A DNA stretch of 64,000 nt from Fistulifera solaris (Eukaryota), in assembly GCA_030295235.1 (NCBI GenBank), contig AP026147.1, positions 620,001-684,000 of the forward strand. Reading direction: 5' to 3'. This document shows, in pieces, positions 36,268 through 49,538 of the stretch. The position numbers and the translations under genes were made by a program. The notes under the pieces are model-generated. The model saw only the letters and a program-made list of their open reading frames with translations. It had not been told where the DNA came from and made no database searches. The number at the start of each line of letters is the position of its first letter. The stretch's first letter is position 1.

Positions 36268-39200
36268 ATGAAGGAATCCGAAGGTGATTTCGAAGCGATC
36301 GCAAGTGCGGATTCTCCCAATCCTGCCGAAGCCTTTGAACGAGAACAAATGGCGCTGCAAACGCGATTGAAACAAGCTGCATTATGTGTACCGCCGACGG
36401 CATGGAAATATGGAATACCCGTTCTTCTGGCCGTTGGGATCGCAGCACCGCACGTTATTGTGCGGTGGCTGCTGTATTTTGTACGGCAAGTGTTGGGCGT
36501 CGCTGTGGGGGTTGCTTTGGGGCTTGGCTTTGTGTGTCATGTTTACGATACGTTGACTATAATGAGGGAGAAACAAGAAAAAGAGAATGAAGGATTCGTT
36601 CGTCAATCATCTACGCAATTTGCTTCTTTAAAAGGATCCATACGACCTCCATCGGGACTGCAAATGTCGAAATCACCCAGTAGTATGGCCGCCGCTGCGA
36701 TCGAAGATGAGCAAACCTTCAAGAGTTTAATGATGTCGGCTGGTTATTATCGTGACACGGCGAATCGGGGTCAAGTTGTTAACGCCGATACGGCATGGCT
36801 GCATGAACCCAATTATGGTTTTGACGGGAATCCGGAGGCTCCGCGACATGCCCTTCGGCATTTGCAAGAATATTGGCCGACGCTGCCCCCGGCTGTTCTC
36901 GAAAAACTGGCGTTACTGATTGAATATGTGTTACGAGATTTTGTGGGCTGCTGGTACAAGAGCGTGGATGAAGGATGCAAATACCGTGATGCTGGAGCAC
37001 TACGGAAAGAAGAAGCCGAGAAGAAAAAAAGAAAGTGATTCTGTCGAAATACTCGAGGAAAAGTCACAACCAAAGTCACATGCTCGAGTGATGCTGTATA
37101 CTTTGAGCACATATCGTCGCAGCCCCTTTTTGACATCATTGTATAACAGTATGGCTGTTTTGTTCGGGAACCTGGCGACAAGGGTGGAACACGTTAATCT
37201 TCCTGCACTCGTGCTGTTACAATGGACGCGAGTTCTTGCCCATACATTCAAAGTGTACCGAAATTTGCGCAAGTCGATTTTGACAAAACATCTTCCCGGG
37301 TCGCAAAGCAACAAGGGACTTCGAGAATCGAGACGGGCTTTGGCTGGCGATACCAAAGTTTCGGCGAATCCCGTCTCGGAAATTGACATGACCAAAGAGT
37401 TTTTGTTTGCGGGAAAGTTGCACAAGGCCGTCACATTCGGTTTGGATGTTCCCGCTCTTCTCTTCGCGGACGCCTCGGGTCGTGAATGTGGTGTACCCGG
37501 CGATAGTGCTGGTTCGACAGAAAATGAGGTTCTAGCAAAACGCTTGTTTGAGACTGGTATGATCCGCGAATGTGAACTCGACTACAATCGTGTGCTCAGT
37601 CACCGCATCGTTCGGGCTTTAGTAACGCGTCAAGACTTTGGCTCTCCCATTGTTTCATCGCTACTGACAGAGATTCTTGCTGGTTGCGCTCTTACGCCGT
37701 TGATGAATATATTTAGCCCAGAGTATTTAAATAGCTGGATAATCAAAGGCCTTTCTTCGGCACGCTCGGAGGAGCCTGCTGTGGATGCGGCGGACCCTTC
37801 CGATAACGCGACCTGTTTTGTGACAGAAACAGAGGATCATAATGTTCGAGATGACGACGACGCCACTGCAGTGATCGGCAATAACTCTATGCGGTCTTTG
37901 CAAGAAATGGAAGCTGAGGAAGCGGAAATATCCATTGTGGACGAAGTCGTCAAAGAAGAGAAACGAAAGACGCTATCAAGCGCGGTTGTGCCGGAAATCA
38001 ATACATCGGTATCTTCTGCGGAAGATAGCATTCTCTCTTGTTGGCCCTCGCATTGATTGACGTGCAACGTTATGTTGATTTCGATGATTATCGGCTTGCG
38101 AGGAAGAATAATCAGATGACGCAGGTGGACTGGGATGACCCCGGGTGCCGCGAAGCAGTGTTGCGACTTGTTTTGGTGATCGAATTGGCACTTACACATG
38201 GCCGTTGTACTTATCGAGCGAAGGAGCGCTTACCCAAAGAAGCCGAGACACATGGAGACGACGACGCTGATTTCGAAGATTTTTCTGAGGATCATCTGGA
38301 AGAGTCGTTGTATGAATATGGGTCTAAAACTTTGTCCCAGATTCTTATGGAAATGACTAGTGACGTTGACTCCTTCGAGGAACGGGTTGCGAGAGAAAAC
38401 GCTCTTGAAGTGGAGCGGAAGCGCGCGATTATTGCAGAAATGAATGTTGAAGACTACTGTCCCACAGTTGCCGAGCTGTCAACTATTCGAACCCTTATTG
38501 CGGCGTGGCTTCACACAGGTCAGATATTTCGGAATGTTTCTATTTTGGTACAAGCACAAGCGACTGTATTGCTACCTTATTTTCACAGTCATGCATTCGT
38601 CCGATCAAAGAGCAATGTTGATGGCTTCGTAAAGCAAATAAAGACACTCGAAAATGTTGAGATTTTAGTCGACACGATGGCTGTGCTTTCTAGCCAACGT
38701 CTTGATGCAGGAGATGGCGACGGATTGAAGCAACTGGTGCAAAAACTTGCAGTTCAAAGCCCGAAGATAGATGATGGCCGCCAAATTGCATCTACAAAAA
38801 CAGATATTTCTTCCGTGCAACTACTGGGTTCTCCAACGGCTTCGAGCAGGTATTTGGATTTTCATCGCAACGACTCATTCGCGTCGAGTTTGCGCTCGAA
38901 CGTGAGCGCAGAATGCGCTCTTGGCAAACAGTTATGGCTGGTGATGAAAAGAGTATGAGCCTATCTGCCGATCTAGAGGACTCTCTCAAGAAGATGCCAC
39001 GCTTCACCGTGAAATGCACAATCTTTCAAGAATTTTTTACAAAGGAACAAATCTTATTGCCATTCGTGATGCAGCGCGCAGAAAGAAATCAGCTGACAAT
39101 GAGGAATTTTCAATTGCTGGGGCAGAATCAGACGATGGTTTTGTGTCTCTCTTAACAGTAGAAACGGCGAGTCCAAGGAGGAAGATCGAGGTACCGGATG

Positions 39201-41704
39201 ACGATTCATCTTTTTTGTTGCGGGCTCAGGTACGTCTTGAAATCCGTATGACGATTTCGTGTAATTGCCTTAGATAACTCATTAATTTGTCATCCTTAGC
39301 CAAAAAACTTGAATGCTGTGGGTGTTCACCGTGACCAAAGAAACCATGACCAGAGTTTCAAATGCTTTGCTGCGACGTTTGAAGAACGTGTATCGAAACC
39401 AGGTTTGGATCCAGCATTAACCGGTAAATATTTAAGGCGATGCCTTATTCGGTACTATCCAATCGATCGGACGGCATCGATTGCTATGTTACACGATTCA
39501 CGAAAACTCGATCAAAGGAAATGCAAGGTCCCTGAAACCATTACACTCGATGAGGCGAACCGAAATTCTGCTCTCCTATCGACTGATTTCTTACAGGAGC
39601 GTCACTTATGCAACCGATATCTTCCAAGGGGAACTACTCGATCGCAGTCAATTCTTGCTAGCTCTGTGATTGAACCCTCAGACTTTACATCAATGCCAAG
39701 ACCAGGAAAGGCCATGGACTTTATTTTTCGACTTTCCTTCTTTGAGGACCCTATGGTGGATCTAGAAGGGCGTCATTTCACTATTCATGATTCCTCGGTA
39801 CTAGGTGTGCACCGGTCAGATGCGAGTGCAATGGAGTTCAGCGATGCATCTCTCAGTACAGTTCTGTGTATGATCGGAGACACCGCAGGAGAGACAAAAA
39901 GCAATGCAACAGACTCAGCAAGCCATGGCGTTCAGATGGGGAACGATGGATATCCGGTCATATGGATGAAGTTTAGTGGCGATGATACCAAAGTTGAGAT
40001 GAAGCCGTATCGCGCCTCATTTGTTCGAGCCGCCTTGTTGGTGACAGAAGCTCGTCAAGAAGCGCAGCTCCAGGTAAGTGCAAACGCATCCTTGAGCCGA
40101 GCATTTGCGAATAGCAACTAACGTGGGCTTTCATTTAGTGCCTCCTATCATGCGTTAAGTCTGGCTCGGCGACAAATGCCACAAAAGCTTTGACCGACTC
40201 TATTTTGAAACCAACCTACAAACTCATTGAATATGCTGGCAACCGAAGTAGAGAAAAACAATCTATTGTCCTTCGCGATCTGAAACTTGGGGTCAATCAT
40301 ATTGATCGAGCGCAACTCCGTAGAAATGGTCTTTTGGATCCTCGCTACCCAACAACATTACTAGACATGACCGCTAGAATAGAAGAAGCTCTTCAATCAA
40401 ACGATGACAGACCAGGTGCCGACTTCTTCGGTGTCTCGGCAACTTCATATAAAATTCGTTGTACGGTGAAAGTTCGAGTTGCTGATGTTGATGCCGACGG
40501 AAATGAAGGTATCGATAATAGCAGTCGGATCTGCCAGGAGGAGTGGGTTGTGCACAGATCTTTCAAAGATTTTCAAACACTGCATAAACATTTGAAAGCT
40601 CAATTGGCTGCCAGTCTCTCGTCGGGGACACCAGCTAGTCGCTTGGTAGGGGCTGCAACAGCTGCTTTCGCACCAGCCGCATTCTCCCAAGGTCGTCAAC
40701 GACAACCATTCATAGCATCCCTTTCTCAGGCTTCGAAAGCTGGAGCACTTGGCGTGACAAAGAAATCAATTTTGAAAAGAATGGAAATACTGAACGATTA
40801 TTTGTTGTATTTGCTTGCCCCTGGCAACCCTATACGTTTGTGTTCCGAACTGGTTCTTTTTTTAGGGGCTTTTTATCCTTTACCCCAAGATTTGAACAAC
40901 GGCGAGGGCACCGCAGGCGAGAGTGATATTCTCGGCAGAACTGAAATATCTCGTATTGTTTTGGAGGAACCGGAACGAATTGCCGCACTGAATAAACAAG
41001 CGGAGAATGCAACTTCAGAAGAAAGTTCGATAATAGATCAGTTGAATACATCGATGTCGATGTCGAATGGAGACATTTTTGATATCCCAGAAGAGGATGC
41101 GATTGGTGGAGATGGCGAGTTCCGCAAGTCGAGAAAGGATGAGTTCAAAATAGCTTCTGTGAAAGCTAAAATCGAAAAAGTTCCTCTCGGCCAGGTTCGT
41201 CAACGCGTGTTTGAATTGCTTCGTTATCAGTTTGGATTCGAGAATGCATCATTCATTCGGAACCGAATGCTAGCGGCGCTAAAGACCGCTTCCTTGGCGC
41301 TCACTCCAGGTGAATTTCAGCGAACACTTTACAAGCTACACGTTGAACACTTGAGTGGCGATTCGATTGCAGGTTTGATACAAAAGGCATTAGATCTAAT
41401 TTGGCCGGAGGGAGTGTTTTTCGAAACACAACCCCCTTACACACCTGAGCAGTTAGATGCTTTAGTGAAAGGCTCCAAAGAAGCGTTACATTCTTGCTTT
41501 CCCGAGGCCGTTCGCGCTGTTTTAGGACAAGATCTAACAAAAGATGGCCTCGATATTTTTCACGAGATGCTTCAAAATCGCTTGGTTGTGAAGAGCATGG
41601 CGTACATGCTATTCGACTTGCTTTGGCTCGAGGTGTTTCCTGAAATTGGGGACGTTTTGCAGTGCGGAGGGGCGCTTGATATACCTGCAGAGGCTGGTAA
41701 CTAG
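36268..41704 (+). CDS. PXA-PX-Nexin_C sorting nexin-like protein (SNX13/14/25/Mdm1 architecture)
   Basis: N-terminal TM hairpin; PXA-like IEYVLRDFVGCWY...LLTEILAGCALTPLMNIFSPEYLNSWI; PX-like EWVVHRSFKDFQTLHKHL; Nexin_C-like LIWPEG...FHEMLQNRLVVKSMAYMLFDLLWLEVFPE. Introns 39230..39299 and 40074..40138; several frameshifts. Confidence 0.85.
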
Positions 41705-42478
41705 ATCCGATATGGGCTGGGCAAATAATGGTTCTTTGCCACAGTTCCCAACATAAGAATGCTTAACGCAACAGTTGCAAACTAGTGCAGAGCTATCGAC
41801 GCTACGGGAGTGTGGGATAGCACACATGCCTCTCTCGTGTTATTCGTCGTAAGCCTAGGCTGTAATCATTTGAAATAAACTAACTAAGACCTTGCTTTGA
41901 GTTTTTTAAAGTTGTTGCCTTCCGCCTTCCGCCGTATAGTGTTGCGCGCGCGTTTTATTAGAGTCGACGATCATCCGTCGTCCGCTGCGATGATTCAATT
42001 GACTTTCATTGTAGCAGAACGTGTTGTTCTTGAATACAAAGAATCCGTCGCTTGATCGTAGGTAGGAATCCGCGCAATCCCCACGAATACTTCGGATGTG
42101 GTTGCCCTTCTCTTCTCTATGAATGAGTGCCAGGGACACCACCTTACCGGATAGTGGCGTTGTGCGGTTGGATAGATATAAAGGAGGTTGTTTGATTCGA
42201 TCTTGTTGAAATCAAATAGAGTCGTCGACACTTGGTGTCGAATGTTGTAGAGGTTCGATCTCGACAAGTACTCGTAGCCCGACGATCTTCCTGCACTCAG
42301 ATGAGATCTATACGAGTCTAAACGTGTCTTGCGAGATCAAATGCTTGTAGTAAAAGATATTAGATCAATGACTTATTATATAAGATGAGCTTCCATGTTG
42401 GGATCGAAATTGTGCGTCTTTGCTTTTGGAAACATTGAAACGTTCGAAGACGATTTCGCAATGTCATGCTGACGCTTA

Positions 42479-42740
42479 CTATACGTTCCTACTGTAGTCC
42501 ACTTCCAATGCGGCGCGGCTGACGTCGAAGATTTCCATGGTACCTGGTAAGGTCAAACATCGAGTACCGATGTGAGTCTTGTCACTATGGCCGCTGCTTG
42601 GAGATCGACGCAACGGGGAAAGAATGAATGTCGCCGCGCGTGCGTCCGCGCATCCGTCCGTGAAAGACGATGACGACTCGTGTCTGAGACTGCGACTGCT
42701 TTTTATGCGCCGACGACGACCATGATGCTGAACCGCCATT
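42479..42740 (-). CDS. Possible first exon of a small hypothetical gene
   Basis: ORF MAVQHHGRRRR... ends beside a GTAAGC donor-like site; downstream exons were not resolved. Confidence 0.25.
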
Positions 42741-42873
42741 ATCACCGCATCCGCGTCACTTTTTTTGTTGTCAACACAACATTTTATATAGTTCGAGCAA
42801 TAACGCAGTAATAAAGTCAAGCCACTTGCATTTGCTTTCCATTTGTATAATCAAAAACGCGAGGATAGTTGCG

Positions 42874-44642
42874 ATGGATGAATGGGAAGATCTGTTCGCA
42901 AAAGCCAGTGGTAGCCAGGATGTTGCCCCGCAAAATACAACAACACAAAAGGCGGAAAAGAAGGCGTCGATGAAGCGCAAACATGAAGGGAGTGTCATTT
43001 CGTTCGATGATTTTCTCGAGTCTCGGTGGGAAGTAGCAACCAACTGGCCCATGTCTTCGCATTGTTTCGAGTTGAAGCAGTCTTTTGATGCAAATTGCTC
43101 AGCGTTTCAAGCCGGCGATGGTTTCCGTTGCCGAAGATGCACTTTGCCAGCCTCTGAACACATTCTGCTCCTGTCGAGTCAAGGGAGACAAATGTGGTGG
43201 ATGGCGATTCTATGTGACATTTGGAACGTACGAAATGCTTCTAAAAGTGTTGCTTTACGTCTTGTGAACCAATCTGACATCGATTGGACGAAATATGATG
43301 CGATCTTACGAGAGTCGCAACAAGCTCTGCAAGCCATCGCGACTCAATACCAGAAAGGTGGACCGTATTTGGAGAAGCTATTGTTGCAACTAGAGCAATT
43401 TCGGCTTCAAAAGAGCTCAGAAAAGAATCCCTACGATACATTTGATGGAGCCGTAAAGCAAATCATGATGTGCGATGATGTGTACTATCAACTCTATTAC
43501 CACCAACTCACCAAAAGCATTCCATTCGACGAACATTATGTGTTGCCGCATCCTACTGAATATTTCGCTGCTTGCTGCACTACTAATCAAACGCTTCGAC
43601 AAGTCGAAAGCGAAGAATATGCGAGTGATCTACAGATCATTGGATGGGACGCATTCTTTCGCGATGACATGAGTGCGTTCCATCCCCTTCTAGCACTTCA
43701 CTGGTACCGTCGCAGGGAGGGAGAATCGCTTTTCAATCAACACTGTCGGACTGTCAACATAATCCTGAAATCATGCTTTGGAAGAAGCCTTTGGTACTTT
43801 CGTCGAGACATCTTACCTCGGACGCTACTGATTATCAAAGAAAGCTTGTTCATCATGAAACACTAGCACCAATCTTACTTCAACAGTGGAGGGACTCATG
43901 TCGCGATTTTCTTTGTCATCTGTATGCTTACGCCACCCTGAATGTCTCTTCCCTTTCAAAATTCAATCGTTCTTGCAAGACACGAACTGCACAGGAATTA
44001 CAGAAATAGGAGCTGGAACAGGTTACATCGCCGGATGGTTGAAGAAAAATGGGATTCAAGTGAGTGCCTTTGACCTTATACCAACTGGGGGGCGTGACAT
44101 GAACCAGTATCATGGTAACACGCCTTCGTTTGAACGAGTGGATGATGTTGGGGCGCGAGGACAACCAACAGCAGAGTCAGCACGAACCCAATCTCTACTT
44201 CTATGCTATCCTCCTCCGAACGTTGTGATGGCTCATGGCGTGCTACGGACTTTTTATCATGAGAGGCGGCCGTTCCATGATCTACATCGGCGAATGGAAG
44301 GGTCTCACGGGGTCTTCAAACTTTGAAAAGCTTCTGTTAAAACACATGAAGTGTGCGGGCCGCCATGCCTGCTCTACGTGGGGAACTGACGCTGCCTGCG
44401 TTTCCTTTTGGACACTCAGAAATTCAAAAGAGAAACGTTCCTTGCTGATTCCTTGCAGTTATTGCGCGAAGAAAGAAGCCACGAGACGTTGTCGGCTTTT
44501 GCGCTCTCTCAATTACTGCAGCACAGAATGCTTCAAATCACATCAGCTCTCGAGAGAGTTTCTCTTAAAGCGGTTAATGATTGACCCGAACGCAGTGGAA
44601 GTTAATTTCGACGACGATGCTATCTTTCAACCACTGAGCTAG
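42874..44642 (+). CDS. Class I SAM-dependent methyltransferase-like protein with C-terminal MYND-like zinc finger
   Basis: ITEIGAGTGYIAGWL, AFD, LLLCYPPP and IYIGEWKGLTG; C-terminal CSYC..RRC...YCSTECFKSH. Several frameshifts between 43750 and 44260. Confidence 0.7.
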
Positions 44643-44755
44643 CGTCAGCGTCGTCTGCGTTTTGTCATGTCTTAATAATATTATTACATTATATGCGATT
44701 ACATTTCTATTGTCGTAAGGGCGCAGAGCATCGAGAAGTACAGGAGGTGGTCAAT

Positions 44756-45699
44756 TTAGCATACGGCAGGAGTCGACAACGCGGAGGTGCCGGAGTCGTG
44801 TTGTTTCTGTGCTTCATCCATCAGCTGTTTCACCTTTTGTTCGGTGGCCGTTCGTGTTGTGGTATCGCGCTCGTGAATGACTATAAGCATTTCTTTGTAC
44901 ATGGCGAGTGCTTTACTAGTTTCACCGACCGCTTCGTAAGCTTTCGCAAGATTACTGAGATACACGGGTGCCACAGCCTGATTCGAGGCAAGTATCCGAT
45001 AACTCAGCTCATGATAGGCAACGGCTCGTTGCTTATCACCTTCATCGTCATCACTTTACCCATAGCTGATAATATCTTTCCCTCCTCCACCGATGCATTC
45101 AATCGTTGATAGATAGCTAACGATTTCTTCAAAAAGGATAAAGCGTTATCGAAATCAGTCTGCAGCCCATGACAAAGCCCCATTTGATGATACACAGAAG
45201 CCGCAAACGACGAAGTTTGTAGCGAATGATTGCCTTCAGCTTGCAGATCCGCCTCATGACAGTCGAGTGCTTGCTTCAGCATCGGCATGGCTCGGTCGGG
45301 TTCGGCCATTCGCCAGTAAATGGTGCCGAGATTCAAGTACGCCGAAGCCGTACCCCGGCATGGATCGCAGCTAACCGCATTCTGATAGCATTCCTTGGCT
45401 TGCGCAAGATTTCCTTCTCGAAAGTACGCGTTTCCGAGTTTATTGTAGAGTGCAGCGCATTTGGGATGCGTGCTCCCGTGTGTTTCTACCGCATTCTGTA
45501 ACGCTTGCTGGAGCAATTGCATCGCGTTTTCTGCTTTAGAAGGCACTTTTACGGACTCTCCATTGTTTTGAGAATTAAGACGCACAGTAGAAGAAAGCGG
45601 CTGGTTCTCCCCTCGAAGTCCTTTACGTAGAGTCGATTGATATGTCTTGATCGAAGGCGAAAATGGTGGCAATAAGGGCGGTCTCGAAAGCGGTGGCAT
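44756..45699 (-). CDS. Tetratricopeptide repeat protein (kinesin light chain-like TPRs)
   Basis: AALYNKLGNAYFREG, ASAYLNLGTIY, ASVYHQMGLCH and VYLSNLAKAY. Frameshift near 45035. Confidence 0.8.
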
Positions 45700-46335
45700 T
45701 CGATACGAGGAGAAGAAAATAGCACGGCCTGTAACGCTTACAAGCAAAGAGTGAGTGTAATGAAAAGCCCTTCAAGTGTTCTCACGAAGGCAACAGCCGA
45801 GAGAAGACTGAAAACAGCAGCTCCACGAGTGCAGAGAAAAACGTTCATGTTGTCACGCAAGTGCTCCAGTTTGTTCCAGCGTTCGTCTTTAGTGAGTGAC
45901 ACAGCATCCCGGAGTACACTTTTGTAACTGAATCTACGAAACAATTTTGTCGAGCGGTACTCTATAGCGGATACAAAAATATTTCGAACGGACAATCTTG
46001 AAGAATCGCGACACCGAGATGAATGACGTCATCTCGTCAAAAAAGAAACGACCCCCTCAAAAAAAAATGAAACTGTTTCCGTGCACGTCTGAGCTTGTGA
46101 GCTGTGACCTAGAGAGCTTGCTAGAGAGCTAATAGAGATCGAGAAGGCCTTGACGATTGACGCTAGCGTCCTTAATTAAACGTCCAATTTGAAGAAAAGG
46201 AGAATGGCCATCTAATGATGAATTGAAAATCGATTTCTTAGGTAGCTTTAGCTTAGATCGAAATGTGAATGTCGGTAGCGTTAGCTATTTTATAAAGTAG
46301 CCGGGGTAATTAGTCCGACAAATAATGCGGAAGGC

Positions 46336-48531
46336 TCATAGCTCCAGCGAAAATGAGTCTGCTGTGCACATAGTCATCATGTCATCGTCGTCGTCCATAC
46401 TAACAAATGAGTGCGCGTCAAAGTCCATCCCACGATGCGCGCTAGTGGAGAATACCAATCGAGACGAGGCAGAACTGCTCAAGATCGAAAGTTTGGACCC
46501 ATCATCGCCATACGTCGTCGAACTATTATCCAGGTAGCACTCGGCAGAATCGTGCTTTCTTTCTGCGACCACCACCGCGTGTAACGTCTTGATTTCGTGC
46601 GCCAAGGCCGTATCGTCGCTGCGGATAGATACCGTCATGACAATGCTCCGCAAGACTCGCTCCATTTCACCCTTCAGTCGTTGCTCTAAACGATACTTCC
46701 GGTCCATTTTCTCAATGCGGGAATGCATTTCACCAATTGTTGATTCGAGCTCTTCGCATTGAACTTGAAGCATTTCATTGTGATTTCTCAAAATCTCCAG
46801 CGACGAACTCAGAATACCGACATTGCTCTCGCTCTGCTTCGATGAGGTTTCTAAGTGCTCATTCATTGTCTTTAGCATTTTTGACTTGCTTTCGTATTCC
46901 TGTGTCTTGGCTTCCAATCGGTTGTTCTGTTCGCGCAAACATTTAACGAGTTCTTGCGACATTTCGTATTTGCTTTCTTGCTGTTTCATGCGCGCATCCG
47001 TTTTTTCTCGCGCTGTTTCCATTCGTCGCCACTTCTTTTCTTGAATCTGATTCAGATCAAAAATGCGTTGTCTCTCGATCACGCGCAGCTGATGTTCCAG
47101 TCGGTAAATGGGCATACGATACTGTACAATGAAACGCCGAGCAATGGCTTGAACGCAACACGCGGCGCGAAATTCTCGAAACTGAGTTCCGGTCTGCCAC
47201 AAACTGGCTTTATACGCTGCCAGCAACAGTGTGGTAGAACGACTCGTCTTGCTTTCTTTCACCAAAAACGGTGGTGGATCGGTTTTAGCGAGGCTTTGGT
47301 CGAAGTCACTCATACTCTTTCGACGCGGTTGCTTCAGTTGATCGGCAGAGGCTGAATGTGTGCCCATGGTAAACTCCAAACTGGTGCGACGGTCTTGACT
47401 CCGAACTCCCCGTTGATCGGTCAATATCGCCGCCCACCGAATGCGACGACCAGATTTCTGCGGTGGCATCGTATCCCATTTCAAAATCCCCTTAAGTCCA
47501 TGTTGCGCTGGATCATATTGTCGAGCTTGTACACGAAGCTCTTCCTCCTTTTTCCTTTTGAGATCGTTTTCATAACTTCCCGTACGCGCGGCAATCAAAT
47601 TTTTCGGCCGTCTCTTGGGTGATTTCGACGATGACGCGGGGCTGACAGGTTGGGGTGTTTCTACCGGTTCCGGTCGTGTCGCTGGCATGTTTCCGTTGGC
47701 TCGCAAGTCTTCTGGATCGGAAAGTTGTCGCTGGGGAGCCATGGGTGCTGACATGGGCGAACGCGTTAAACTAATTTGATTTCGAATAGCATTTCTCGTC
47801 CGACTCGTCGGTGACCTAGATCGTTTCGGAGAAGTGGATGCCGTGCGTCTTTGACTGCTTGTTACTCTCGGCCTAGGTGTGCTCGGTCGGTTCTTTAGCT
47901 CCGCGCTGCTGAGTCTCTCTACCGTTCGCACAGGTGACACGGACCGAGTGTCTACCGGATGAGGAGAGACACCTTTCGTATCTCGTTTGCTGCTCTCGTT
48001 GACATCCGATAGAGGCAAGGAATCGTTGCACGACATTGATTCGGTACGAGTATCCTCTAACGGTATCGTTCGATCGCGTATACAGTTTCGTTCCTGAGGA
48101 TTATTCAATGTTTTTTCCTTTTGGATTGCCGAACTGAAACGCTTCCCACTGCTCGAACCTTCCTCAGAAGAATAGCTACTGTTACCACTTGCTTTGATAT
48201 TTGATGGAAGCATTCCGAAACCAGCCAATTTTTTGATAGGTGATTTTGGTGTTACAGAAATGGCAACATCATCTTCACCATCATCTTCTGTCATAGAACA
48301 CGTCGGCGATTGAGATCTATCGGGTGATCTTGTCGTCTTCTGAGCAATCCTCTCTTTCGATACACAAACAGAACCAGGAGCGGGCCGTATTCGGAAGTTG
48401 CGGGTGGAGGCAATACCAGGAATGAACGATTTATTCGTAGCTCCATATTGCTCATTTTTCGAAATATTGCTTTCAAAGGCTGCTAACGCGGACCCTATTT
48501 TTCCTTTCTTGATCACCATTGTCATTGTCAT
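46336..48531 (-). CDS. IQ-motif and coiled-coil protein, paralog 1
   Basis: Intact 731-aa ORF; AACCVQAIARRFIVQ followed by a long coiled coil. Confidence 0.75.
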   Translation of the reverse strand: MTMTMVIKKGKIGSALAAFESNISKNEQYGATNKSFIPGIASTRNFRIRPAPGSVCVSKERIAQKTTRSPDRSQSPTCSMTEDDGEDDVAISVTPKSPIKKLAGFGMLPSNIKASGNSSYSSEEGSSSGKRFSSAIQKEKTLNNPQERNCIRDRTIPLEDTRTESMSCNDSLPLSDVNESSKRDTKGVSPHPVDTRSVSPVRTVERLSSAELKNRPSTPRPRVTSSQRRTASTSPKRSRSPTSRTRNAIRNQISLTRSPMSAPMAPQRQLSDPEDLRANGNMPATRPEPVETPQPVSPASSSKSPKRRPKNLIAARTGSYENDLKRKKEEELRVQARQYDPAQHGLKGILKWDTMPPQKSGRRIRWAAILTDQRGVRSQDRRTSLEFTMGTHSASADQLKQPRRKSMSDFDQSLAKTDPPPFLVKESKTSRSTTLLLAAYKASLWQTGTQFREFRAACCVQAIARRFIVQYRMPIYRLEHQLRVIERQRIFDLNQIQEKKWRRMETAREKTDARMKQQESKYEMSQELVKCLREQNNRLEAKTQEYESKSKMLKTMNEHLETSSKQSESNVGILSSSLEILRNHNEMLQVQCEELESTIGEMHSRIEKMDRKYRLEQRLKGEMERVLRSIVMTVSIRSDDTALAHEIKTLHAVVVAERKHDSAECYLDNSSTTYGDDGSKLSILSSSASSRLVFSTSAHRGMDFDAHSFVSMDDDDDMMTMCTADSFSLEL

Positions 48532-49538
48532 GCGTGTAGATTGTTTATAGTCGATTCGACTGCAAGAAAAGAATCAATGATAAGCAGTTGCTCCGTATTT
48601 CGTTTCAAAACAAACTTGCAACCAAGGTCGATGAGTTGTTGCAAAATGTTGCTGGCGACAACTGGCGATGGTTTCGTTGACATGTTGTCGTCGTTGTCGG
48701 CTGTGCCGAACACTGAGCACGGTATTCGTGAAACTGGTCACGCTCTTTTCGCCTTTCTAGTTCTACCAAGTGAAGTACAGTACACAAGATAGAAACGCGT
48801 GTCGGCCCTCGATAAAAGCCCTTCAGTAATCGTACTTTTTGTTTCCCTTTCCTTAGAAATAAGATGCTGACGTATTCGTTATCTTGTCATTTATCCCTTT
48901 CGGATTGCGTTTGCTGTCGTGTACATTTTACTCTATTGTACATTCGGATCGTGACTCATAAGAGTGTTCATTGTACTTTTGTTATCCTAACTGGCCAGCG
49001 AACATTATTGTCTAATTGAGCCAGAAACAACGCGAAACCCACATGAGCCCTTCTCAAAAGTATACAAGGACGAGAGAAACAAGAAACAAGAAACAAGAAA
49101 CTGCTCCCCGGAAAAACACTTCATAAACTAAGGTGAATAACGAATAACGAATCATCATCATCAGCGAATATGTACTAGGTGCTAGGCATGAGGTCTCTAG
49201 GAGCAATGACTCTAGAGCTATCAGTCGAACTAAAAGCTTCTTTGGCAAGTAAGTTGCTCTTGCTCTTGCGATTGGTGGCACTTTGGCATTCGTCTTCGGG
49301 AACAATAAACACTGCCGATATCATATCTCATTATTTCGTGAGGATTCATTCGTGTCTCGCCCGCGTAAACCTTGTGCCCCTAGGTAATTCAATAACTAGG
49401 GGGGAGAGACTTTAAAATCAAACCCATCATCAGTTGATCGGTCGACCTGAACACTTCATTTTCTCAAGCGAGGAAGGGACTACGCTGCACGCAATAGTTC
49501 TCATAAATAAACCATATCTTATATCTATTCTTACTTGA

